A stretch of 63,294 bases of DNA, filler included, from Folioceros fuciformis (Eukaryota): assembly GCA_049999805.1 (NCBI GenBank). It is 9 parts of 9 records of this genome, joined end to end, with 100 filler letters (N's around TTAATTAATTAA, not from the genome) between each part and the next. Parts side by side here need not be neighbours in the genome. Positions count along the whole stretch, not along the records: positions 27,184 to 29,504 come from JBNGIO010005782.1; positions 29,605 to 36,769 come from JBNGIO010005783.1; positions 36,870 to 44,078 come from JBNGIO010005784.1; 6 more parts are not named here. One strand, given 5' to 3'. Both the position numbers and the translations under genes were made by a program. A model generated the notes under the pieces. It was not told where the DNA came from, searched no databases, and saw only the letters and a program-made list of their open reading frames with translations. This document shows positions 29,100 through 39,719 of this stretch, piece by piece (positions within the stretch are counted from its first letter, which is position 1; each line of letters opens with the position of its first letter).

Positions 29100-29504
29100 G
29101 GAGTAACTCCGCGCAACCCATGGAGTTGAGATCCTCCAGGAGCGCTCCCCGTTCCTGCTCAGAGTCAGGAATGATCGGGACTACCTTTCGGAGCTTTACT
29201 CCGGAAGGTGAGGGAGCGGGTGGTGCTGCCTTACGCCTTGTTGGCGGCATGGAGACTAACCTCTCTGATTCACTCCTAGCCGCACGTCCCGTTCCTCACG
29301 TCTCTCACCGATCTCAACCGGAATGTAAATACTAAATACTATACGCACCTTACAACGACAGTCTACGCACGGAAACTTCGCTCAAACAGCGAAGTCGCGC
29401 TGACACACACTAAACGACAAGGGAAAAAGAGTTGAGGCGTGGCCAGGCTCTCGCCTTTTATACTCTGGCGCTCGCCCGGACAACTATCATGACCTGTACC
29501 GGTC
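29100..29504 (-). repeat. Second, diverged copy of 28371-28781 (ORF N-terminus plus upstream region)
   Basis: Directly alignable; identical 50-aa translation; TATAAAA conserved on the minus strand at 28733-28739 and 29456-29462. Confidence 0.93.
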
Positions 29505-30377
29505 NNNNNNNNNNNNNNNNNNNNNNNNNNNNNNNNNNNNNNNNNNNNTTAATTAATTAANNNNNNNNNNNNNNNNNNNNNNNNNNNNNNNNNNNNNNNN
29601 NNNNAGCTGGAACAGGATGTCCCTCACTCAAATCGCATCTGGAGCTCCTCAAGAGCCTTCATGTAACAGTGACACTAGACAGAAGCGAGCGGCAGGTCAC
29701 TGGACGGTCACCATTGCCGCTGTGGTGCATCAGACGAACGGATGCTGTGAAGAGACCGTGCGAACCCTTGCAGCAACTGTGGACCCCTTTGAAGGGGCAA
29801 ATGAATGAGTTGGTGTAGGAATGGTGGAGAAAGGGCGCTGTGGTAGATGTAGGCGGTTGCTCCTGTGCTGTAGGTTGTCCATGTTTTGCATGCTATCGAG
29901 ATGGTTGTGCAGAGACATGTTGTTGTGGCCCGTTGCTATTGCTATTGCTATTGCTGTTGTGTTTCATTCCGTCCATATCTCCATCGTATGCCATTTATGT
30001 GAATAGCTAGGAGCAGTCACCACGAACCCATGTCCTCTCAAAACTTGGGCATCCTCAACGGTTGCAGTCCTTGTTGTCAGGTTTCCTGAAAGGTCTTCTT
30101 GCCTGCACCAATAGCGGCTTACAATGGTAGCATACGCAGGTCCAAGGCTGCAACATGCAACATCATGGAATCGCCAGAATTTGTGTTGTTGATGCCAGCA
30201 TAGATTTCATTGAGTTTGCCGAAATGGCGAGCAAGCATGTACAAGTCGATCTCCGAATCTGCCTCTAGTCGTCTTCCAAGATGTGAACGTTAATTTCGTT
30301 GCCCTTCCGAAAGGCTTGCTAACTCAGCCCATTCAGGATGTGTCCAATCCTCATAGCTCTGCCTGTGGGCAATCGAG

Positions 30378-30777
30378 GGGAGAGGTTCCGCGGCGGAGTG
30401 CGGGAAGTTGCTGCGGGTGGGATCATTCTGTACCTTGTCACTCGTGCTCATGGAGGTCACGCCTCATGAAGTGAGGATGAGCTCTTCAAGAGTTCTGACC
30501 GTCAGGAATTTGTTTTTGATCGAACTTGGCCCACTGCTGGAAGAGTGTCGGATCGATCATGGTGCATGCTAGTCCTCGGGACTGGGATTTTAATGCCAGA
30601 ACTACAGCAGAAAGGGAATAGTAGGATGGGGTTGATTGTGCAAAGCCGTGATGCAGACCAGATTTAGTCCCCGCGGCCGGGTGACGGAAATGCGTCAGGT
30701 GTATGTCGAGCCTGGCGAGCTTGGCAGTGCCACACAAGTAATGCAGTGGAAAGCGTGCGCATCTGCCTGGCTTGAAG
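30378..30777. repeat. Dispersed repeat, copy A (copy B at 53627-54086)
   Basis: Shared blocks include GAACTTGGCCCACTGCTGGAAGAGTGTCGGAT, CCAGATTTAGTCCCC and CAGTGCCACACAAGTAA. Confidence 0.93.
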
Positions 30778-32986
30778 AACTGTCGCAGCCCTTGTGTTGC
30801 TTGTTCATGGTTTGATCTTTCTGCTTGCTTTCAGGTGGACCAAGGGCACGTCAGGCAATGTGGGACAATTTCATTGCTGACAGCACCACTGGCAAGGTAT
30901 GGTGCTCTGGTGGCTAAGGATTAGCTGTTGAATTCGAGAGCACCCAGGCACGGACTGACCCGCACTTGGTGTACTGCAAAACCAGGAGAGCTGCTTGGCT
31001 CGAATCCTGGTCGAACCAGGTGCAGTGCAGATCAGCTGCCCTCAATCGTTCCTTCAGCCAGGGGATCTACTCTCAATCGTTCATTGGCTCGTTCATCCAG
31101 GGTGGGCATCCAGCCAGCACACCACATCCTCCAGCGCCTGAAAAATGATCTCATCACGTTCCCCCTCCTTCGTAGCATGCCTTGCATCCTTATACAAACG
31201 CTACGGCTTGTCAAGGCTGCTGGGCTTCTCCTTCAGCGCCGTGCAGACAGAGGGATGGATCCGTTGCCATGTCCGCCGCCTCGTGCAGCACAAGCAGTCC
31301 ACTCATGGCCGCTGTGGCGCATGAGACGAATAGATCGTTGTTCAGAGGAAAATCCCACAACGGACATCCTCCAGCATCGAAGAAAAAACAGCTCTGGAAC
31401 CTTGACGCCTCCCTTTCACCCGACTGTTCCTTTCACATCATTCGCGATTCCACTTTTTTCACGGGCGTCTCTCAGTTTAGGGGTGATCGATGCAGGCGAC
31501 ACGAAATGCATGATACAGCAAACCCAAATCCCCCGATCTCATGCACCATTGCCCGTCCCTTTCCGTTCCCGTGCAGTGGTGTCTACGTCTTGTCCCATCC
31601 TGTGCCCCTCGCGTCTTCTTCTCCCACACCTTTGAATCAACAATTAGCCCAGAGCTCAAAGCCTTTCTTTAGGGCTTGTTGCCGCTGCATAGGCATTCAT
31701 AGTAAGGTTGTCCATGGGACAATGCTGCATGTTTGTTATGTTTTTGTACCATTTGCATATTACTAGAATATTACTAGTATCCTTCTCCTGTTTCTTTCCT
31801 TCCCCTACTTCCATCAAATTTTACACTTGAACATCTTTGTGTGAGCTAAGAACCTAATCCAAGAGTTTTGTTCTCGCTCAATATTCATAAATTAACACAC
31901 TCTTCACAAAGGTACAGTGANNNNNNNNNNNNNNNNNNNNNNNNNNNNNNNNNNNNNNNNNNNNNNNNNNNNNNNNNNNNNNNNNNNNNNNNNNNNNNNN
32001 NNNNNNNNNNNNNNNNNNNNACTTAGGTGGATTTCTTAAGTAAGTGATTAGTTATTTTCTTAGTTATAGATCACAACAATCTTTCTTATAAAGGTATTTA
32101 CTTTCTACTCTTAATGCACTACACAACACTAGAGCTAGTCTATGATTCTCATCAAATATGACTCTAGGTACTTCTCTAGTGGTTGATTTATTTCTTCTTT
32201 AGTTTCCTTATTGTCTAAGTTTACCATGTTGACATGTTTCCTCTCTAGATTCCTCGTTACCTAGTTCACCACGTTCACATAATCTGAGTTTCCCCATGTT
32301 GAATTGTTTTCCCTTTAACTTCCTTATTATTCAAGTGTGCCATAATCTACATTACTTCTTCTCTATGACTCTTTCAAACCACTCAGCAGCACTTAATTGC
32401 ATTCTCCAATCAATGGGTTTGATATTAGATGTCATTGAGGACCCATTACATAAATTTATGACTTACAAGCAAGAACAACAAACAACTTGTTCTAAGACTA
32501 TTCATTTTTTCAGCTTTTATAGACTACAGAAGTCTAGGTTGCGCTAAGTCTCATTACATTCTTTAAGCCTCACCACTTCTCATTACATTCTTTAAGGCTC
32601 GTCACTTCTCGTTAGGTTCTTTAGGGCTCGCTTCGTTATAGTCTTGCCAAGAGGTTTAAAGTACTACTACTCTTAAATATAGAAACTTCTCTCATATTAC
32701 TTAGAAACATATATTACAAATCCGTCGCACATAATATGAAAGAATAATATTGTACATATTTTTCATGGCATATAAGGATTATGGCTATTGTGTCTAGTAC
32801 AGAATTTTGTACAAGACATTTCTAGTGCAAATATTATCCATGGGTTTGAGGAAGAGTGAAAGTTTAGGGTTTGAGATTACCTCCATCCACAAAATCGGGC
32901 TAGTGAGTAACATAAGAGCTGCAAACCAAAAAATAAAATATATGATGCCCAATGCTGAGTACGTAGATACAATGCCTAGACCTCGG

Positions 32987-33179
32987 TCATCATGTCAAAG
33001 TGATGAGTCACCATCTCAAAGTGATGCATCATCATCTCAAAGTGATGCATCATCATCTCAAAGTGATGCATCATCATCTCAAAGTGATATATCATCATCT
33101 CAAAATGATGAGTCATCATCTCTAAGTATGCATCATTATTTCAAAGTGATACATCATCATCTCAAAATGATGAGTCATC
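32987..33179 (+). repeat. 21-bp minisatellite (TCATCATCTCAAAGTGATGCA)
   Basis: About 9 degenerate copies; reads (SSSQSDA)n in ORF 32807-33271. Confidence 0.92.
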
Positions 33180-33797
33180 CCCAAACTGAGCTTGAAGCTA
33201 TCTCACCATATACCCGTGCTATTCTACTCTACTCCGAAAAGCCTCAATTTTCAATCCCTAGTCTCCAATAGGAGGCCGCCGCGGCGGGTGGCCACTGTGA
33301 CCACGTATCGTCTGGTGTTTTTCTCGTCAAATACAAAAAACAAGTGGGGCCTGCTTTAGAAGCATGCTCTGCAAGAAAACCATTTTGCTTGTTTTCATGT
33401 GGCAGTTCCCTATTGCGACTTGGTTGAAATAACGTTTTACCATGAATGGCACACAATAGATTTTTGAATTGTCGCCATTGTTACTTTTAGCTAAAAGACT
33501 TCTCGAATTATAAGGGAAGAAAACTGCTTTTATTCTATGAACCCTGGATGCTAATGGTGCCCGAAAAGCGGAGCGCCGCACTCGCTTATAAAGCTCAGCA
33601 TTCCTCCCTAAACCAAAATCTCAAAGTGAGGCATTGAAGTTTTCTCAAAGTTTTTGTTATCATACAAGTTTTTAAGTCATAATTAGAGAGAGTGATCTTA
33701 AGTTACGTTAACTAACATGTATGGGTTAATTTTATGTTTCACGTTTTAGCACAAAACATGGCGCAGGCCCAGTTGGTGTCTCCATGTTCCATTGCAT

Positions 33798-34035
33798 TGA
33801 AGTTGTAGCAATTACTAGGATCTCGAATGAACTAGTATCTTCTTGAATGACTGGTGTTGGAACCATGGAATTGAAGTTCTAGCTATTACTAGGATCTCGA
33901 ATGAACTAGTATCTTCTTCAATGACTGGTGTTGGAACCATGGAATTGAAGTTGTAGCTATCACTAGCATCTCCTCAAATGAGCATCTCCTCAAATGAGTT
34001 GGTGTTTCATGAAATTGAAGTTGTAGCAATCACTA
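33798..34035 (+). repeat. ~73-bp tandem repeat
   Basis: The unit TTGAAGTTGTAGC..ACTAGGATCTCGAATGAACTAGTATC..GGAACCATGGAA recurs about 3 times. Confidence 0.88.
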
Positions 34036-34067
34036 ATCTCTCCTTGAATGAGTGGTTTGCATGCTTC

Positions 34068-34810
34068 ATGTTTGACAGTTGTGGAGTTGGAAAGTTGCAC
34101 ACAAGGGACCAGGATTGGCTGCAGCTCGAACATGAAATCCAGGCCGAGGAAGCTTTGCAACAGCAAGGCATTATCTTTCGACAAACATCCTGTACAGTCT
34201 CCTGCAAAGGTGCATTGAAAAGAAAGATTTGGATGTGGGCAGANNNNNNNNNNNNNNNNNNNNNNNNNNNNNNNNNNNNNNNNNNNNNNNNNNNNNNNNN
34301 NNNNNNNNNNNNNNNNNNNNNNNNNNNNNNNNNNNNNNNNNNNTGGGTGGATATGCCCAGTATGAAGATGGTAAAATGGCCATTCAGCTCTTCTATCAAA
34401 TGCGGAGGGAGGGCGTACATCCCAACAAGGTCACATTCGTCTGTTTACTGTCTGCGTACAGTCACAGTGGCCTATGAGAGGAAGGAACCCGCCTCTTTCA
34501 GGCCATGTATGAGCAATACGGTGTGGCTGCTGACATGGACCACTATTTATGCATGACCGACATGTTAGGAGCGTCAGGTCGCCTAGACGAAGCTCACGAC
34601 TTCATCACCAGTCTGCCTGTGCAGGCGGACAGCAGTCTGTGGATGTCTTTGCTGGGAGCGAGCCGGATCCACAGAAACGTGGACATGGGAAAACTCTCAT
34701 AGAGGCCATCTTAAAGCTAGACCCAACCATCGCTGCATCATATGTCATCATGGGAGACAACCATGGTGCTGCTGGCAGGCTGGACGACAAGGCAAGCATA
34801 AGGAAGATGA
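34068..34810 (+). pseudogene. PPR (PLS-E class) pseudogene, paralogue of 47431-48985
   Basis: GGYAQYEDGKMAIQLFYQMRREGVHPNKVTFVCLLSA and DHYLCMTDMLGASGRLDEA..WMSLLGASRIH, with frameshifts; nucleotide match to 47504-47675 and 48356-48822. Confidence 0.9.
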
Positions 34811-34954
34811 GTTTTGCAATGGCATTGTTTTTGGCATTGAGGTCATGCTATTGCAGCAACTCCTCCTTGACTGTGTAGCCAAGAGACTGCCGGGAGCCGC
34901 ACCGTTTGGACAGAGAATGTTTGAACCTTCTCATGCATTATAGTTTGATCAGTC

Positions 34955-35779
34955 TTACCATGACCCCATGAACGTCTGGCACACTGAAAAGTTCCGCATC
35001 ACTTCCAGAATCACCACATACGAGGGGATTGTAATCCGTAGAGAAATTCCCTCCGCCTCGTACCTGCGCACAAGGTAAGCCAGGGCCTCTCCTTTCACCG
35101 CTGCTGCTGGCAACACTTCCAGATTAGCGCGCCCACTGTAGACGATTTTAGCTTCCAGCTGTTCACAATCGCACATGCTTCAAGGTTAGAAGCCAACCTC
35201 CGCAAAGCACAGAAGGAAGGCAGCAAAGGCCCGTACGGAGCCTCGTTTTGGTTGTGATTCGGAACCTGGGTAAGCATCTTAAAGAGGACTTCAACATCCA
35301 CTCCTCCATAACAGATCAAAGCCCCTAAGCAACACACCTGAATGTTCAGCTGGGAGTACTTTTCCGCCGCTTCCACCACAACACTCCCAGCCCGCCCTCC
35401 AGTGAGCACCTCCTCGTAAGCAGACTCAGGAGTCGTGGCCTCCCCGTCCATGATTTCAGTCCCAACCAGCATTCACAACGTGTGGTGTAGCCAAGGGCTG
35501 AGGTGAGGTCCTAGCACAACATCGGAGACCTTCCGATGGAAAACACCAGGGAAAGCGCGGAGTCAGGATTGGACTGCGTTTGCTAGGGCGCATTGAACAT
35601 AAGTACCCAGGTCTGATCCTCATCATGATGATCACCTGCAACAGCAATTTAAGCGTTCCACACCTGCCACTCTTGATGCCAGACTCCACAACAAAATCAC
35701 ACATCCAAGTCCAAAGCCGCTTGGTGTGATCAAGCTCCGGGACGATCATGAGTCGTGGAGTTGAACTTAGCCGCGGCAT
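34955..35779 (-). pseudogene. SPP: Sucrose-phosphate phosphatase (HAD family) pseudogene
   Basis: MPRLSSTPRLMIVPELDHT (cf. plant SPP PRLMIVSDLDHT), [40 protein letters not shown] and a shifted [20 protein letters not shown]; it has stops, frameshifts and remnant introns. Confidence 0.88.
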
Positions 35780-38700
35780 TCTGCAGCCGTCGTAGAAAGA
35801 AATCGATTTTCACAACTTTGCTCGGCAGCAGCTGCCGGCAGGAACAGAACAGGAAACTAGAGGAAATCTCCGTCGTGCTCGCGCAAAGCACTACTGCTGA
35901 GCTCAGTCGATTCCAGAGGTTTCACAGGTGACGCCCTACTTTCGTCATTTGTTGGACAGGCCACGACGGGAGTCTAAAGTCAACATCTGCCTGTCCCCCA
36001 CTCGCCGATGCTTAGGAATGCTCAATTAGGGGTAGGCTCAGAGAGTGCCTATTATTTCCACCTGTTACTTACTTGTCCCAGGAGCAAAGTGTAGGCAAAT
36101 GCTGGGATGAGTGGTAGTCGATTGTGTGCTGCTTCCTCGTACACTGTACAGCAGTTACTGTTCTTGTGGCAGGACGAGAGCGAAGCGATGCAGGGCACAA
36201 ATCTTGAGGTCCGTGTGTGGGCGCGAGTGAGAGATTCTGATGGACTGGGTAATTTCCTGCTCTCTAAACGCACAAGCGACAAATGCATTCTTGCTTTGAG
36301 TGACAGCAGCCTGTGGTGACTGCATTCCTGAGCCACGAACGCAGACACTGGTGAGGAGAGATTTGCTTGCAGGGCTAAATCAATGCGAAACAAGGTGAGT
36401 ATGTGCACCCTATACTTTTCTTCCACAGCAGGATGCGAGTGTTCCAAGAGAACATGTCGGGCAAGCACAGCCTGTTGCAGGAGGCGAAACCTTCAGTCTC
36501 CGATGTGGCAAGGCGGTTCAGGTTCAAGTCGTAGGCAGAGCTTTTGTGGTTCCCGTTGGTTTGGAAAGAGTGTGGGACAGATTACTCTGGAGGTGTGGGA
36601 TGGATTCCGGACACGTGTAGAAGCACCTGATGTCCGTCTGTGGCTCACCCTGATTTCCACAGCTGAGCCAGAACTCACTCTTCGTGTCTGTGCATTCGCA
36701 TGCACACACACGAAGAGGAACTATGCAGACTGTGGTGCATGCTCGAGAATTCGAAGCTGCAGGGTGCCCNNNNNNNNNNNNNNNNNNNNNNNNNNNNNNN
36801 NNNNNNNNNNNNNTTAATTAATTAANNNNNNNNNNNNNNNNNNNNNNNNNNNNNNNNNNNNNNNNNNNNACAGTCTCAATGGAGACCGATGAGCTTACAG
36901 AGGGCAGCACGATTTGAAAATTTGCATTTTGTGTAGATGAAACCGTAGACTGACTATGAGAATCTGACACAGCATCTTTCCCTGACGCTGACGCAATCAT
37001 GGCTCGGCGGAAGAGGACTCAAGTTGCTTGCGGGAAAAGTCAGACGACGACACGACGGGTGGCCAGTGTGATAGGCTGGCACTTGCTTTCAGCATTTTGA
37101 CCCGGTGCCATAGAAACAGGAGAACGAAGAAAAGATAGGTACGTTGTTTAGTCTTCCATAGGCTAGCCACCACAGAACAAGTATGCCCCGGTAGCATGAA
37201 ACAGGATGCAGACAGTCGTACCAATAAGCTGGATGCCGGCGGCAGGACCCAGGGGGTGGACGAATTTGGGACACAGTCGATTCCGAGCCCTGCGCCCTCA
37301 CCCTTCGGGAACTCCATAGAAGAGGAGAAGGAAAATGCGGAAAAGCTCTGGCGTGTGCTTTTCGAACCTGTCGCGGTAGTGGGACGATAGGTCTAGGAAG
37401 AGGTATCCCAGTGACCCTAACTTTGTGAAGAAAGGGACGAGAGAACAATTGTGGGCTGAGAGCTCAACTACTCCTACCTGGGTGAAAGGGGAGCTTGCTC
37501 AGTTCCGCCACCGAGCAGGCCGCCTCCTAGAGGTTATGGGAATCAGGGTGGATACGGGAACCAGGGGGGCTATGGTAATCCAGGATATAGATCGCCAAAC
37601 CAGGGATTCTCACAAGCCGGTGGAGTGGGGAATGCAGGTAATGGTTCCCAGTGGAGTAGCAGCTCGGGGGTTACAGCGAGAGAGTCCAACCTACTGTGTC
37701 GCTAGGTGGAAGAGGAAGGCCTGCGGTACCTCCAGAGGAACAAGCAAGACGGGACGAGTTGGCAAGACAGATTCTTGCAGGGGAGTTCGGTAAGAGCAGA
37801 GTTGTGTAGCCTTCTGCTCCCCAGGGAACCAATCTTGAAGCGGGGGCCAAGCTTTCTGTCGATGAAGGAGGGGAATATCAAGCCCGATGTGAGCAACAAT
37901 TTTCCAAAGCCACCGAGTGTGTTGGATTCTGCAGGGAAAAGGACGTGAAGGTTGTCCTTCTGACCTGCCCACCGAAGCGTCCCCAATAGAGTTGGGTAGT
38001 TAGGATAGACGTGGTAGGAGGGGTGGTTTAAGCGTTTAAAGACACTGTTTAATACGCTTAAGCACTGTAGCAGGTGAGGGACCATCAATGGCTGCCTACC
38101 CGATCAACCACCCCAACCGACAGTAGCCAGGAACTCTATAAGAGTCATAGGGCTCAAGAGATAAAGTGGTCGGTCTTTGTTTCTTACCAAGCCTGAACAC
38201 ACTTGTTCGTGTTCCAACAAGTGCGCTCCTGCCGGCTGCGTCGTCTACAGTGCCTGGTAGCTTGGTGGGGATCGTGACGGCCCAGACGCCTGGGTGTGAG
38301 GTGCCGTGTTTCGCACGCACACTCGTGGGTGTCCTACCGGAGTGAGTCGCCGACAGCAGAGGCGTGTTTAGCAGGCAGGAGGTGTATTCAGGTTCGCGAG
38401 GGTCGTGGTAGAAGAGAGGTTTGAATAGAGTCGCACACACACAACTGGGACAGGCCCTCCTTCGAGGGAACGAAACCTGCTAGACTACACGACAGCGGGA
38501 TAGGTGTGGCCGCTAGAGGAAAGCCCCTGGGTGTCCCCGGATTCTTTCCGCCACAACTTACTATAAAAGCTGACCACATGGCGCTGATACTCGCGGCAGT
38601 GCTCTATCCTCACTCGCATCATCTTCAGATGGGTGTAAGGGCACTTATACCACAAAGGGCTACAAGGAATAGCAAAAGAACCAAGGCTCACAATCTTGGT

Positions 38701-38909
38701 TTCCTCATCAAAGTGTGTTGAAAATGGAAATCTTATCGGCACAGTAGGCCTATAGTCAGAATCAGCATACGCGAACTCACCAGCTTTGAAGCGGAGCTTG
38801 GCACTTTGATCCGTTGAAAGAGATTTCTCTTTAGGGGTAGCCGTCTTGAGGGGAGCTGCCTTACACGCAACACCAGCCTTTGTCTTATAGGCTGTAGTCT
38901 CTGACGAGT

Positions 38910-39055
38910 GCCGCTGATTAAGAAAAGCTTTGGTGGTGCTGCATGGCCTCCCTCGCGAACGCCTCCCGCCGCTGATTAAGAAAAGCTTTGNNNNNNNNNN
39001 AGAAAAGCTTTGGTGGTGCCGCGTGGCCTCCCTCGCGAACGCCTCCCACCGCTGC
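38910..39055 (+). repeat. 58-bp tandem repeat spanning a small gap
   Basis: GCCGCTGATTAAGAAAAGCTTTGGTGGTGC..CCTCGCGAACGCCTCCC repeated with mismatches. Confidence 0.75.
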
Positions 39056-39482
39056 CACCTTGAGCAGCAGGAGCAAGCATCTTTGCCGATCCTTGCTGCT
39101 GAGAGGAGGTGGCTGTTCTAGTCGGCTTGCTCACAAACCGCCCTAGCTTGTCACGATGGCAGACACGGCGCTTTGTAGGAGGGGAGTCAGTAGCTGAAGA
39201 CGACATCTTGAGCTTAGAGATCCTACGCCCCAACAACTTACAAATAAAGGACTTGAAGCGAGGAGGGATACTATAAGGGTCGCGACGCACCTGCTACCCA
39301 AGTTTGTGCAGATACGCTCTATCGCGTTTCTTTAAAGGCAAAGGTGTCGGCGCAACCCAGTACATGCACACAACGGAACTTTCAGCTCAACTCACAGTCT
39401 CACATTTGACCCGTGTTAGAGAAGGCGAAGAGGAGACGTCCGAATCGTCATAATCCAACAAGTGGGAGTGAAGGAGTATTGA

Positions 39483-39718
39483 TGTTGGCATAATGAGATT
39501 AGGGTTATATTATATCCAATTTCATATTGTGTGTATAGTTTAAAATGTCTTACCTCTTCGCTAGGGTTACGACTGTTAGTAATAGTCACACCCATTCATG
39601 AATAGTTAATTTTAAGCTTTAATGTTTTACTTACACTCTTTTTCTAATATATACAATGTTATTTTTATAATAAATCTACATTTGCATGTAATTTCTTATA
39701 TGTATGGTGTCAACAACA
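39483..39718 (+). repeat. Probable 3' LTR of an unclassified element inserted just before the Copia 3 protease
   Basis: AT-rich TGTTG...CAACA block preceded by the purine tract AAGTGGGAGTGAAGGAG; no TSD seen. Confidence 0.55.
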
Positions 39719-39719
39719 T

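Noticed and set aside
30928-31766. Overlapping plus-strand ORFs of 235 and 194 aa
   Set aside because: No recognisable motifs; likely shadow ORFs of GC-balanced decayed sequence.
32807-33271. Ser-rich ORF as a real gene
   Set aside because: The open frame is explained by a 21-bp minisatellite in AT-rich DNA.
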